Part shown: in pieces, positions 26,890-40,344 of the stretch
Layout: every line of letters begins with the position of its first letter
Position numbering within the stretch: position 1 is the first letter of the stretch
From: Octopus sinensis
Lineage: Eukaryota
Assembly (NCBI RefSeq): GCF_006345805.1
Contig: NC_043007.1
Coordinates: 48,360,001-48,424,000 of the forward strand
Direction of reading: 5' to 3'
Length of the DNA: 64,000 bases
Made by a program: the position numbers and the translations under genes
The notes under the pieces: generated by a model
Told to the model about the DNA's origin: nothing
The model's input: only the letters and a program-made list of their open reading frames with translations
Database searches by the model: none

Positions 26890-28620
26890 TCTTTTTTTCA
26901 ACTTCTGTAAATTAATGATGGGGCGCTGATATATTCAGATCAATCGAAAACATTGAATAGGGTCGACCATCGGTATCTGGAAGCTGTCCTTAAAGTGGCT
27001 GGCTTCGGCCACGTCCTCAGAGGTTCGATCGCTGCAATGCATAGCGGTATCTGCTCGGTGGTCAAAGTTAATGGCTATCTCTCGGAACCGTTACAGATCT
27101 CCTGATCGGTCCGTCAAAGAGGCCCTCTCTCCTCTCTTCTGTACTTATTGACTCTTCAGTCTTTCCTGCCGATGCGGGAGCTGCTGCAGAGCATCCCACT
27201 CAAACTAGGACCCAGAAAGGCTGTGTAGGCGTATGCGAACAACATCACCGTGATGGTGTCGGACACCAGAGAAATCGAGGGCTTGGCACCTCTTTGGAGG
27301 AATATGAAAAGTTGACGGGAGCAAAACTTAACCCGAATTGTGGGTAGACTTGCAACTCGGTACCTGGAGAGGCAAGTCTATGCCGTCCAACAGCGTCATT
27401 GAGCGCTGGCTGGACGGACGGACCAGTAAAGTTGCTTGGGGTTGGTTTGGACCAGACCGCCAGGTGGATAAGAATTGGGACGAGGTGATGACTAGGGTAG
27501 CCAGTCTCACCCAGAGATGAGCTACGAGGAAGCTGTCACTGAAAGGTCGGGCAGAGGTGGCGAATGTGTACATCGCGTCCGTCATCTACTACCGCTTGAC
27601 CGTCGTGCCTTGCTCCCGTTCGCGCCTCGCCAAGATGGAGCGCTTCTTCCTCAAATTTTTGTGGAGGGGACAGGTTTCATTGGCGAGGTGGTCCATCTGC
27701 TTACCACATCCTCTACGAGGAGGGCTAAGACTGCAGTGGCTAATGATGGGCAGTCATGCGCAGAGGCTGCGGCATCTCCAGATATTCTACCTAAATGGTG
27801 AACACATGTGGTCGTCGTTTGTCAAACAGGCCTTTTCCCAGCTTGTCTCCTTGACTGAGCTGCAGTCCTGGGTCAAGAAGAGACCGAGATAGGGTGACTG
27901 GCATCTGGAATATTGCCCTCTACCGGTCAGGCAATGCGACCAGTGGAACGTTCACTCTTGAATTCTGTAGAGAATTAGTGGAGGGAAAGAGCGATGACGC
28001 ACTTGGAGAAACGCTAGGCGTCGACGAAGTAGAACAGACTAATCTGTTCAGGATGACTTTTGAGTGGGGGACGATGAATAACTTCCAGAATTTCCTAGCT
28101 TAGCAGTGCTACCGGGGAGAACTGTCGGTTCGAGATAAACTCTACAAGCACGGAAATGTTGTCAGACGGACCTAACCGAGATACGCGCAGAGCGACGAAA
28201 CTGTTCTGCATGCACTCGTCCAGTGTCCATGAATTACTGACTTATGAAGTTACGTTGATCAGCTGTCATCACGTGTAGGACGGATCCGCCTATCGGTCGA
28301 GTCCATAGTGAAGATCGATCAACTGTCTTCCATTGGTCCGGAAGGGCAGGCAATTTTCCTCTGTCTGATAGCAGTAGTGAAAGAGGTTGTATGTTGGACC
28401 AGGTTGAAAGGACTGAAGACAGACAATTTTCTCTTCGGCCAATCCCTCATCAACTTTTTCAGATTTCACTTGGAAAGGCAGATGAAGGGGGAGAGAGAAG
28501 TGCTGCCCTCCAAGTACATTTCTTAAGAGGTGGATGAATGTAGCGAAAATGGCCCGTGTGAGTAGACTTACCCTAATAATGCGCATGTTGGCTAGTGAAT
28601 TTGAGAGGGAGAAGGGTGAA
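26890..28620 (+). mobile_element. Tx1-like LINE ORF2 fragment (RT to C-terminus), degenerate
   Basis: RVDHRYLEAVL, RKLSLKGRAEVANVYIASVIYYRLTVVPC, KFLWRG, GGLRLQWL; C-terminus homologous to 10055-10790. Confidence 0.88.
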
Positions 28621-28751
28621 TTTCCCGGATGCCCTCGAAGCGTCGAGTGGTTCAGGATTGGTGGGGTACTTGAGCCAACTTCAGGTGGTTACCCCACTCC
28701 TGGGGAACTTTCATTGTTTTATTATTATCATTATTATTATTATTATTATTA

Positions 28752-29290
28752 CTGAGTGAGAGAGCAGTGCATGCCATTCAAGTGACACTTGAGTAAAATA
28801 TACGAAGCCCAGTATACCAATCATGACTACCCGTCTGATAAGGATACACTAGGCACATGCATCACAACCATGTGTGCGTGACATGGTGATCTCATATCAA
28901 GATAAACAGCACATGACCTTGCAGCTGGGACCCAGTTAGAATTTTCTTCTAGTCGAGTAACCCATCCTGCTCAAACGGTCCCTGAATAAGGGTTGTTTAA
29001 GGATGTTGAACGAAGCACCCATGTTTCCAAAGGTGAATTATTCAAACCCCAAAGAATCCCTCTCAACACATGGCTATGATGCTCCCCTACTACTTCTGCT
29101 CATGATCAGAGATGCATATATCGTCAGCCACTAAGAGACATGCTCAACTGGTTATGGCAAACAACTGACAAGCAAATCTGTGGTATTAAGCAGAATATTT
29201 GCTGTAGCCCATCTTTTATACCAAGACAAAACAATGTACATGATAACACTTCCAATCAGTTAAGATCAGAAGCCATGAGAGCCACTGTCT
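28752..29290 (-). mobile_element. Family C repeat copy
   Basis: Homologous to 9513-10052; (ATT)n on both sides. Confidence 0.8.
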
Positions 29291-29300
29291 ATTATTATTA

Positions 29301-29342
<42 letters not shown>

Positions 29343-29395
29343 CATCATCATCATCATCATTTACATTAATTACATTATTTTTTAAATAATGTATT

Positions 29396-29436
<41 letters not shown>

Positions 29437-29438
<2 letters not shown>

Positions 29439-29672
29439 CAACAAGTATGGACTTGACAGAGCAAAAAATTGGTACGACCACAAACCTGAAGGCATCGTCG
29501 ATAATAGAAATGCAAAGATCCTACGGGATTTTATGATTCAGTGCGACCATGAGATAGAGAATAGGAAGCCGGACATAGTCTTAATTGAGAAAGAAAACAA
29601 ACTATGCTGGATCATAGATATAGCATGCCCAGCTGACAATAAGGTATGCGATAAGGAAGAAAGAAAAGCGTA
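29437..29672 (+). mobile_element. R4/Dong RLE fragment
   Basis: KYGLDRAKNWYDHKPEG..KILRDFMIQCDHEIENRKPDIVLIEK; near-identical to 21590-21810. Confidence 0.88.
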
Positions 29673-30370
29673 AAGCTCGCAGAGCAGACCATCCAAACCA
29701 GGCGATTTACCACTCGTGTAGCTAGCCATTGCTTCCAGTATTTAAAAGGCTGTTATCGGTGGCCCATCGAGGTAGTACATGAAATCCATCCTGCGACCCG
29801 GCTTACCACTGCTCCTGAACAGTTGAGTGCAAAGAGCCGCTGAAAGGCCGCACACATGACAATGCAGCCTTAGTGTTTCGCTTTAAAGAATTGGTATGGT
29901 ACCAATCTCACTGCGAGCACGTTGGTCGCGATGCTTTTTCTAAAAGTCTCGTCTGTTCTAAAAGTTGCTAACTGTCTCTCCTCTGTTCCTTTCTACTGCT
30001 AGTCCTTTGATAAATTTTATCGATTCTATTCTAACACCCTTCTCAGGGTGAACCACTATTGATTGTTGATTATTGCCCCCGTCAACGGTCTCTTCACTAG
30101 TTCGCTAGTCCGGTCACTTAAGTCTTTAAGCGCCGGCAACGACGTATTCAACTTCCATTTACCGGGTCCCTGTCTATGAAGCCTATCTCAGTCAACTGTA
30201 CAAATCATGAATTTGGGGCCTGTGTAGTTGACTACTTTAAACTGTGGACAACCTATGCTATCCTTATCTGCTGCTCCAAAGAATACCTATCTAGATACGA
30301 TCTGGATGACCCGATGCAGTTTGATCAGGTCTACACTGGCGCATCCGGGAAATCCGGTCGATATCTATCA
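29673..30370 (-). mobile_element. Tx1-like ORF2 internal fragment (APE end to RT start)
   Basis: Minus strand: SYLDR..CPQFKVVNYT, GKWKLNTSL, and GKSPGLDGLLCELY. Confidence 0.75.
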
Positions 30371-30375
30371 TACAG

Positions 30376-30630
30376 TTGGAAGTTCGAGAAATATGTCAGA
30401 GAAATTGGAATTGATATGAGAGCAGAGCATGCCCAAAACACTGCTTTGCTGGGGATTGCTAGGATTTTGAGATCGGTCCTTGAATGTTGAATGTCCTCCA
30501 CAATAATTAACAACCAAGTATCAAAGCCTATAATATGCGGGAAAAGACCCTGTGAGACCTTTGACTACAGCCTGCTGTCCGCTCACACAGAATCAACCAG
30601 AGCGAACAAGGCTGAGCGCTCTGAGAAGTA
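30376..30630 (+). mobile_element. R4/Dong 3' end
   Basis: KFEKYVREIGIDMRAEHAQNTALLGIARILR plus the 3'UTR homologous to 12585-12740; (AAC/AAT)n tail. Confidence 0.85.
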
Positions 30631-30691
30631 AAACAACAACAACAACAACAACAACAGCAACAACAACAAACAACAACAACAACAACAACAG

Positions 30692-30762
<71 letters not shown>

Positions 30763-30775
30763 TAATAATAATAAA

Positions 30776-31322
30776 TTCCCTGATGCAGTACCAGGCAGCG
30801 GCTCTCATGGCTTCTGATCTTAACTGAATGTACATTGTTTTGTCTTGGTATAAAAGATGGGCTACAGCAAATATTCTGCTTAATACCACAGATTTGCTTG
30901 TCACTTGTTTGACCTTAACCACTTGAGCATGTCCCTTAGTGGCTGACGATATGTGCATCTCTGATCACGGGTAGAAGTAGTGGGGGAGCATCATAGCCAT
31001 GTGTTGAGAGGGATTCTTTGGGGTTTGAATAATTCACCTCTGGAAACATGGGTGTTTCATTCAACATCCTTAAACAACCCTTAATCAGGGACCTTTTGAG
31101 TGGGATGGGTTACCCAACCAGAAGAAAATTCTAACTGGGCCCCACCCGCAAGGTCATGCGCTGTTTATCTTGTTATGAGATCACCATGTCGCGCTCATAT
31201 GGTTGTGATGCATGTGCCTGGTGTACCCTTATCAGACGGGTAGTCATGATGGGTATACTGGGCTTCGTATATTTGTACCCCAGTGTCACTTTGATGGCAT
31301 GCACTGCTCTCTCACTCAATAA
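30776..31322 (+). mobile_element. Family C repeat copy
   Basis: Reverse complement of 28752-29290; flanked by (AAT)n. Confidence 0.8.
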
Positions 31323-31373
31323 TAACAACAGCAGCAGCAGCAGCAGCAGCACAGCAGCAGCAGCAGCAGCAGC

Positions 31374-31425
<52 letters not shown>

Positions 31426-31462
31426 CAACAACACAACAACAACACAACAACAACAACAACAA

Positions 31463-31509
<47 letters not shown>

Positions 31510-31563
31510 CAGCAGCAGCAGCACAGCAGCAGCAGCAGCAGCAGCAACAACAACAACAACAAC

Positions 31564-31622
<59 letters not shown>
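31322..31622. repeat. Compound (CAG)n/(CAA)n microsatellite
   Basis: Direct inspection. Confidence 0.97.
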
Positions 31623-31623
<1 letters not shown>

Positions 31624-32629
31624 AGGGCTATCAAAGAGTCAAAAGGACTCCTGTACATCTACCACATACAAATAAATATTTCACTTTTGAACTGTCGCGT
31701 GTCGACACCTGAACTCAAGATAAAACATAAACAAAAAATTTCAGAAGGTCCGATGTCTGTGGAAGAAGGGTTGAATGTAGTGTTTAGTGCAAAGACGTGG
31801 GCACGTCTGGAGAAGAGATAAATATGAGTGATGAGAAAAGCAGAGATGATTGTGTTGGAGCATCTGAGAGCAGCTGACTCCAAGAAGCAAAAGCTACTGC
31901 AATAAAGATAAAAAAAAAAAGAACGTAGAGATGAAAGTGCCAGCTTGAGGGTGAGAGACTAGAGAATGTTGGTGAGCAACTTTATACCAGTCATTTCAGT
32001 AGATAAAGTCTAAGGTGTGTGTGTGTGTGTGTGTGTGTGTCACTGGTTATAGAAAGACGAAGACAAACAGAATCTAACTAAGAACGGACGTGCGATAAAA
32101 AAAATAAGTGTAATGACATAATTTGAAGAGAAGTCGGGAAGTCATCAAAACGTAGCGATGTTGTTTGAATGATGATGATAATGATGATAATGATGATGAT
32201 GATGAGGATGATGCAACGGAGACTAAAGAACAACAGCCTTCTTTTCATATGTCTTGCTGATCTCTGCTCATAAATGTATCCCTTGTCTATGTTCAATGAG
32301 AATAACATTTTATGTAGAAGGTTAAAGAGGAGTGAAGGCTTGCACCCTTCTGTATAGGAGTGTTTGTTTTCGTTGGAAATATTAAGAAGATGAAGGTCAC
32401 AGAATGAGGTTGTTTGTAAACTGTAGCATCTATTAGAGTGTTCTCTTTAGAACCTACTTAAATGTTGCCTAGAATAAATTAATATGTGATGAGTAAGTAA
32501 AGCGATTATTAAATGAATTCAAATATGGTGAGTAAGTATGACTACTGATAAATTAATTCACCAAGTTTCTGGCTATATGAGTGTGTGTATAAAGACAGAA
32601 AAATATTGATTTTACATTCTGGTACAAGA

Positions 32630-32810
32630 CCAGCAATTTGGGGGCAGGGATGGTATAAGTCAATCACAGGGTTCAATTGGTGATTATTTTATCGACCTCG
32701 GGAAGATGAAAGTCTACCTTAGCGGAATTTGAACCCGGTACGTAAAGACAGATGTTATGATGCTAAGCATTTTGCCCGGCATGCAAACGATTCTGCCAGT
32801 TCGCTGCCTT
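32630..32810 (-). mobile_element. SINE family B copy
   Basis: Reverse complement of the head (gaactggcagaatcgtttgcatgccggg) and B-box (gggttcaaattccgc). Confidence 0.7.
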
Positions 32811-33276
32811 TAACTAATTGCAAAATATTGAAAACAAGGCAAAATATCACTGACTGTTAGCACAAAGGAAAAATTGCTTACGATACATCGGCAGTTATGT
32901 AGGAAGGTCACATCAAACATTGTCTCCTTATACTACTCCAGGAAACATAATCGACACCTGATATGTGTTTTATGTAATTTAATGACTTTGTTATCTTTTA
33001 GAAACATTTTGAATTATTTAAATGCAAAATCCTTCAAGAAAAACGAAAAGAATGTTAAACTTTCATTCGGCTATCAGTTATTTACAATAAGTGATAACAA
33101 CAAAACCAAAAGATAACGACAAAAACAAAACGGCCGATCATGGTAACACAAAACATCGCAACCAGAAATATGATTTTTAGATCCTGTATTCTCTAGACCA
33201 AAATAATAAACTACTACACAGTTCATCTAAAAGAAAATAAGCTGAAATATGTTGTCCTATAACTAGTTTATTTATG

Positions 33277-34190
33277 ACTAGCAGTATCGCCCGGCGTTGC
33301 TCGGATTTGTAAGGGAAATAACTATATAAGCATTTTTAGTGAGTTATAGCAAAAAAATAGCAAAAAATGCATTAAAAATGGAATAAAAAATGATGGTAAT
33401 TTTTTTTTTAAATCGTTGACTCATCGTAGACATTTATAGAGAGTTACTTCCCTTATATAATAGCGAAAAATGAATTAAAATGGAATAAAAAATTATGATA
33501 AATTTTTTTTTAAATCGTAGACTCATCGTAGACGCGCGCTAATACCCAGAAGGGCTCGATATGAATCAAGACTATAAGATACCCGGTTTTGGTTACACTG
33601 CACCGCAAAATGTGGGAGTAGTTAGGAATCTAAATCGTAGGAGACAGACACACAACTTGACTTTTATATATAAAGATTTGTGCAACAACTAAAACATTCG
33701 GTTGTGCAAATTGTTTGCACAGGAAACCTGCCCTGTGTGGCGGTTTTTGCCGTTTTTGTGGATCTGTTTCAGCTTTTTTAGCGATTTCTGTTTTGGCGAC
33801 TTCAAGCCATGAAGTCGTTGTTCTAAAAGAACGCTGGTCTCCTTGACAACGCTTTACGACGTTGATTTCCTTACACTCCCTTCCCCACAGCTTCACGAGG
33901 GAGGGAAAAAGGGGAGAAGCAAACAGGTGCAGGTGTGAGCGTGGACGCCAACTCCGCCGCCATCGACACACGAAAAAATATGCATTAAAATGGAATAAAA
34001 AATGATGGTAATTTTTTTTTAAATCGTAGACTCATCGTAGACGCGCGCTAATACCCAGACGGGCTCAATATGAATCACGACTATAAGATACCCGAATTTG
34101 GTTAAACTGCACCGCAAAATGTGGGAGTAGTTAGGAATCTAAATCGAAGGGGACAGACACTCACACAACTACAGTTTTATATATATAGAT
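33277..34190 (+). mobile_element. Non-autonomous Helitron-like (Lep1/HINE-type) element, partly duplicated in tandem
   Basis: Starts actagcagtatcgcccggcgttgctcgg; ends acagacac...ttttatatata(a/t)agat twice (33677, 34190); inverted relative at 57050-57522. The class assignment is by resemblance only. Confidence 0.55.
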
Positions 34191-34944
34191 AAATGTATGG
34201 CTCCATATTCTAGTTGACTATACTGTCACAGCATTGCATTTACATTCACAGAATCCAACATGTTCGGCCAAAAACAATTTCGGTCAATATACAGTTTGAG
34301 ACCCGTTAAAGAAAAAAAAAAGAAAAAACAGCCTGCTGGGTGTAAAAAAAAATGTGTAGAAAACTAATATGAAAAAAAATTGCACAAACGAACGGTGGGG
34401 AAGAAAACTCTTGGAAAATTCACAAGATCCGATTTTTCCCTCGTAACTTTCTAGGAAAATGGATATATATTCATGACATTTCATTGTAATACCGTTCAAA
34501 TGGCACAAATTTCTTTCCGAAAGGATGGGGAGAGGACTGTCAGAAAATTCACACCATCCGTTTTTTTCCCCTCATAACTTTCAAGAAAATGAATATCTTG
34601 TAATAAAATTTTACAGAAACACCTTTCAAATAGCATAGATTACGATTATAAAGAAATTTGTGAGGGAAATGTTTTTCTGAAAGTGGGTGGAGAGGACTGT
34701 TTGTAAGTTCACACGATCCGTTTTTCTTAGCCCTCATAACTTACAGGATCTAGTTTAGTGCCCGGTCACCAAAACGAAAAAAAAAAAACGGTCTAACAGG
34801 TGTAAAAAAAAAACGTGTAGAAAACGAATATGAAAACAAAAATTTGAAAAAAAATTATGAAAACAAAAACATATGTGTTGTAGTTTGGGCCGGTTTCCCG
34901 GTTTCCTTGGCGTATAGGTTACCCACCTGGACAGGACGCCGGTC

Positions 34945-35865
34945 CGTCGCATGTGAGCTGCAAGATGCAGGATTCACTAAAGCGAGTCTTTTTTTTCTTT
35001 AAAGCTTGGTTCAAACACTCTAATTGCTGACAGTAGATTTGAGCATTGATTGGTGCATTAAGTGGTAACAATTCAAATTACTCCTTTGCAATCCCACCAG
35101 ATAGAGAGAAGAACTATTTTCCCATGAAGTTCCCTTCTCGATTGTGGTGGAGCTTTTTCCCTTTTACTAAGCCAATGTTTACGACGTTTAACATTTCGAT
35201 AGAAGATCCATTTTTCATCACCAGTCACAAGTCTATTCAAAAAGGGTGAAATGAGTTCGCGAGAATGGAGAGAAGAGCAGATGTCAACTCGGGATTTGCG
35301 GTTGCTTTCGGACAATTCACGAGGCACCCATTTTCCAAGTTTAGGAACCTTTCCAAATTGCTGAAGATAGCGATGAACAGTTGTATGGTTAGAACTAAGC
35401 TTTATTGACAATTCTTCGACTGATAATGCAGGATTTTCTTCAAGTAATGCCTCAAGGAGCTTATCATCAAGCTCAACTGGATGTCCTGTTCGATCTTCAT
35501 CTTCAAGGCTGAAATTTCCACTTCTGAATTTTGCAAACCATCTTCTGCAAGTTCTTTCATTCAAGCATTCTTTCCCATAAACTGAGTGTATATTTCGAGT
35601 CACTTCGGCTGCAGAGTTTTCTTTTTTGTACTCATAAAACATTACGTGCCTTAAATGCTCTTTGGATACTTCCATGTTAGAAAGGGCTTTGATCAAAGAA
35701 ATTTTAATTCTATTATTCTGTAAAATAATATTTAATTAGTTTAAATGAACACAAATGCATAAAAATAATTTTAAATTGTATTAGACATTCTAAAATACTA
35801 TCAAATTTCATTCAATTTTTAAAAAAAAGGTAAAATCAGACAGAACTTATTGGGACGACCTGATA
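34945..35865 (-). mobile_element. mariner (DDD) transposon, 3'-truncated; transposase pseudogene (ATG at 35675)
   Basis: HLRHVMFYEYKK HTH, WFAKFRSGNFSLED, GKWVPREL, VTGDEKWIFY, VLLSIWWD; left TIR tatcaggtcgtcccaataagttc at ~35843-35865; frameshift at 35075 and loss of the later catalytic residues. Confidence 0.93.
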
Positions 35866-36672
35866 TGTGACAGCAACGATTCAAGAGAGGAAGGTATAAC
35901 TTGGCTGCCTCTATGAAGAACTTGTGCAACAGACTTTCTTCACGTTGAGAAGTTATAAATAAATATCTTGCAAGATATTGCTGCAGATATTTCGATCGAA
36001 TTCATGGCTTTTTGATTTATTCATTTGTGTCTCTCCAAAGTCTTTCAATGTTTTGTGAGTGTATTTTTTGTACGTGCTATCTTCAAAATTGTTAGAGTGA
36101 GGTTTTTTCGCATCGTTGTTTCAATGTGGGCATATCACACTATCTGGCAAATACTCTGCGCGAGCGAAGGAAGTCAATTGACTTTTGATTGTTGCAATGA
36201 ATAGTGCTGATGTATTTATAGTAATCAAAATTACAATTTTCACGAATATTGAAATTCTCCATTCTCGAACACTTTCAAATGTGATGATATCGAAAATGAA
36301 ACCAAGGATAGATTCCAAGTAAACCTCTCCATGTCCTTTCAAATAACATAGATTACGATGTTAAAGAAATTTGTGGAATATTGGTGGAATATAAGCAATA
36401 ATAGAAAAGAAGCCGTGTAAGTGTGTGTGTGTGTGTGTGTGTGGTGTGTGTGTGTGTGTGTGCTTACATACTTCTAAAAACGAGGAGAGTTGTATTGGGA
36501 TGTGCTGAAAACAACAGCCAAATCTGCCTTAAATCAACAGCCAAATCTCTCTTAAAACAAAGCCAACAACAGCCAAATCTCCCTTACAACTTACACATAT
36601 CGCTTGCCACCTCCCTAGATTTTTGCTCTTTCTGTTTGCGACAACGAACCGATTACGAGGCAGAGAAAGATA

Positions 36673-37560
36673 TTACCTTGGACCTGGATATAGCAAAGCA
36701 GCTTCGAACAAAAATGCGTACATTCGTCTCTTTGCAGGTTTAAATGCTTCCATGAATTGGAAGCGTGCTATATATTGTTTTAAAAACCGCGGTTTTATCC
36801 CAGGCCGTATGATGGTTCTTTTTAACTTACCGCATAATCGTTCAATAGTCTGGGTATGGACTGACGAATTTTCTGGGTCAACGAAATTTACGCTGTGATT
36901 GACTTTGAAGTGGTCATAATCCAGGTCACTCAAAGAATTATAAGCGCCCCAACAATAACTGAATATAGCTGAACCTGGACGGATGTAGCGAGTGATCAAA
37001 GGAATGAGTGTACTCTGATGAAAGAAGAATTAAAATTTTTCTCTTCGATTCTCATTCAATACCACCAAAAAGCCAAATGGTTTTTACTAGCCTTCCACGG
37101 TGATATTTTCGGCGAACGGGAACCGTTTCATCTATTTCTACAGCTACATCACGTCTGCCTATTTGTTGTTGATGGTTTACAGCCCAGTACAAACGAACCT
37201 CTGAACAAAAAGATCACCAATCGATGGATGTGACAAGAGATATGTCTAGGTTTTCCATAATTGATATGTGAGACCAATTTCCCGACAAAAAATGGTTCAC
37301 AAACAAAAGAATCTTTCACGGAGAGAGATGGCTGCGATCCAAGAAAGTGTTTTGAAAGGCAGACACAGAGTAACCGCATTCAGTTCGGGCTTATCGTCGA
37401 TGATGAACAATCTTCTTACATCGAAATGGATTTCACCCCTCACGAAGGATGCAAGGTATATGGCATGACGGGCAATCCACAGTTGTGTGAACAATTCCAT
37501 GTTGCTGAAAAAAATTAATAGCTGCACTGTCATTTTCGTAAAAACGGAGGACACCAATCA
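36673..37560 (-). pseudogene. Merlin/IS1595-like (ISXO2) DDE transposase pseudogene
   Basis: CPSC..FRC zinc-finger region, VEIDET..RKYHRGR..WLFGGIE, RPGSAIFS(D>Y)CWGAY..VNHSVNFVDP..HTQTIERL; several stops and frameshifts. Confidence 0.88.
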
Positions 37561-38639
37561 CACGATGTATAATTATCCATCTTGTTATGAAACTAGTTGA
37601 AATTAAAAGAACTGCTGTCGACCAATACGCATAGATAAATTGACCATGTGGTACTCACTCCTCAAATATCATACAGCCTGGGATAAAACTGCGGTTTTTG
37701 AAGCAGTATGTAGCACGCTTCCAGTTCATACAAGCCTGCAAAGAAACGAATGCACGCATTTTTATTAGAGGCATCAATTTTCCCATGTCCACGATGATTT
37801 TTCCTCCACGAGTAATCGGTTCGTTGTCGCAAAGTTATAAACAGTTTCATAACAAGATGGATAATTGTACGACGTGTGAATTGACTGTGTATCGTGCGAA
37901 TTTTTCGACAGTCCTCTCCCCACCCCTTCGGAAAAAATTTTCCCCAGAAATTTCTTTATAATCGTAGTTTCTGCCATTTGAACGGTATTAAAATTTCATC
38001 AATATATATCCATTTTCCTGAAAGATATGAGGGAAAAATCGGATCTTGTGAATTTTCCTAAAGTCCTCTCCCCATCCCCAACCATGATCGTTTGCGCAAA
38101 TTTTTATTCTATCTTCGTTTTCAATCAATTTTTTTTTACACCTAAACCAGCATGGTCACAGTCCAATAACTGGAACAAGTAGAAGAATAAACAGATAAAG
38201 TATCATTTGAAAGTGAAAGTATGAGATAGAAAGGGAAATACTCCTGCCATCAGAGTCATCCTCTGGATTCAAAGTTCAAACCTTAGAAAGTTGACATTTA
38301 TCCATATTTTTGTATTTATTTAACTAATCCATATCGTACCCCAAATCGGTCTATCCGTACCTACCATACTTGCATATGTGGTCACACATATAGAACTTCA
38401 TTCCTAACATACAACTCCGTACAAAAACTATCTCCAGTATTGCCACTCAGCAACAAAATACATATGTCGTGGGGTTGGGCTATTGATGTGTCACCAGATT
38501 TCATGAGGTATCTTATGGTGTTTCGTCCATGCTGGTTGATTTAATGAAGGAAAATATGCTTCTTGGCCGCGTGAAGATGTAAATGAACAATACTTGCGAA
38601 CATTTAACAGAAAAATTTATTGTCACGCTTAAGGACAAA

Positions 38640-40163
38640 CTGCGTTGGTCTTTTACATTTAAGAACAATAATAATTACAGACTAGGAGAGTCTTTGTACG
38701 GCAATATGAGATTTGCCCAACATATCTAAAACCAATTGTTCTATCTTCGTGGCGACGGTTGTTCTTGGTCATCCCTAAGCCGTCTATCTTGGTCATTTTC
38801 CTAGGTTGTCTGGCTGAGCCGTCTAATGTAGCAAGAATGGAGACACATGTCATTCAGCTGCCTTAACATTCTGCAATGGGTTAAACGTCAAACGACATTT
38901 TATAAGGAGAATATTCTAGGTGATCGAATCACTTGAAGGCTTCACACTGATTTGCTGCTTAATAGACCGATCACGTAAAGCTATTGTGGTTAGGTCGTGG
39001 TATCTGACAGTTTACCTAGCGGATAAGTTTCTAATCCCCGCCACACAGAAAACAAAGCATTTAGAACAATTCAAACAACAACAAACCTTCGTTTCAGCAT
39101 TCCTGCTAAATGCACGTGGCATCACTCCACTCGATGCACCAAAATGGAAGATTCCATACAGTGAGAGTTAGCTTGCTGAAATGACACACTGCATCCCTTT
39201 CTTCATTATAATAGAAACCCACAAAAACCTAGATATCAAGCTGGAAATAAAAAATTTCACCATCCTCCGTGCAGATCGCACAGGCCGAAACAAAGCAGAA
39301 GCAACCATTTTTCTCTCTGATTCCTTTACTATGGATGCCAAAGATATATTTTTCAATGGCTATATCGCTATTCAACAAAGTTAATGACATAATTGTTGTT
39401 GGTCTCTAGAGGCCGCCCCACAAGATCCTCTATTGTACTTTGAAGAGTGTCACAACAAAATCAGATCCTTTCTCCAAAAATATAACTCCAGGAACATATT
39501 GACGATGGGCGATTTTAACCTGCAACAATGTAAACTGACTTACAGATACCCTGAAGCTTCACTACACCAGACAAAGCAACAGGAGAATTTTTATTTAATT
39601 TAATGGATTTTCCAACAAGTGTGTATAATACACACACGCACACACAAGACAAAACTATTCGGGACCTAATATTAACGAACCACTCTAGCTCCATCCATAG
39701 CATTTCGATTCAAAAACTCGGACCACGACATAGTATCCTGCAACCTTAGTCTCCGGCATGCGAAAGCCAAACTAGTCACTCTCGCCCCAGAGAATCTGTT
39801 TGACAACATCAATCTTCAAAAAGCAGTCTGGGGAGCAATTAGAAAAGATCTGTCACTTACTGACTGGTCTTTCACTCACAGTTACTCTGACTGAAGCAAC
39901 ATGGCAGCACTTTGAGAACATTGTTACTTATGCATGCTTAAAAACATATTCTTACAAAACGCACAAGCACAATTAGAAATATGCTCCCAAGAGACACAAA
40001 AACGGGCTCGTCAAAAGAATCAAACCATTTAAAATGCTACAACCAACAGCATCCACATTCATCAGCAATAAGAAGGCTTGAGTTAAAAAGAATATCATCT
40101 GCAGATCAGCATGAAAATTACATCGACAATCAAAGAGCTGCAGAGGAAAAATGGATAATCAAA

Positions 40164-40194
<31 letters not shown>

Positions 40195-40300
40195 GAAGAA
40201 ACTGGACCAGAAACTATTCTATTCATACGCCGACAAGAATTTGTCCACAGATAGATGTGCTGTAGGGAATTAGTAATAATGGTACACCCCCTCCCACATA
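38640..40300 (+). mobile_element. CR1-like LINE 5' part (APE endonuclease), degenerate
   Basis: IIETH..IKNFTILRADRTGR, MGDFN, SDHDIV-type motifs across frames. Confidence 0.7.
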
Positions 40301-40344
40301 ATGAATGGAATAACCTAGTCACAATAAGTAAAGAGAAGTAAGTA

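Larger units (their letters stand above)
34240..38160 (-). mobile_element. Merlin-type DNA transposon remnant with long inverted, internally repetitive arms and nested insertions
   Basis: 34340-34750 is the approximate reverse complement of 37880-38145 (sub-repeat ggagaggactgt..aattcac..atccgttttt); transposase remnant between the arms. Confidence 0.65.

Noticed and set aside
30776-31110. Possible HDV-like ribozyme in the family C repeat (ccctga pairing with tcaggg)
   Set aside because: Could not build convincing P2/P3/P1.1 elements by eye.
31660-31990. Minus-strand TATAAA plus strong acceptor-like tract; plus-strand AATAAA followed by an A-run
   Set aside because: No coherent ORF or second exon; such motifs are common by chance in AT-rich DNA.
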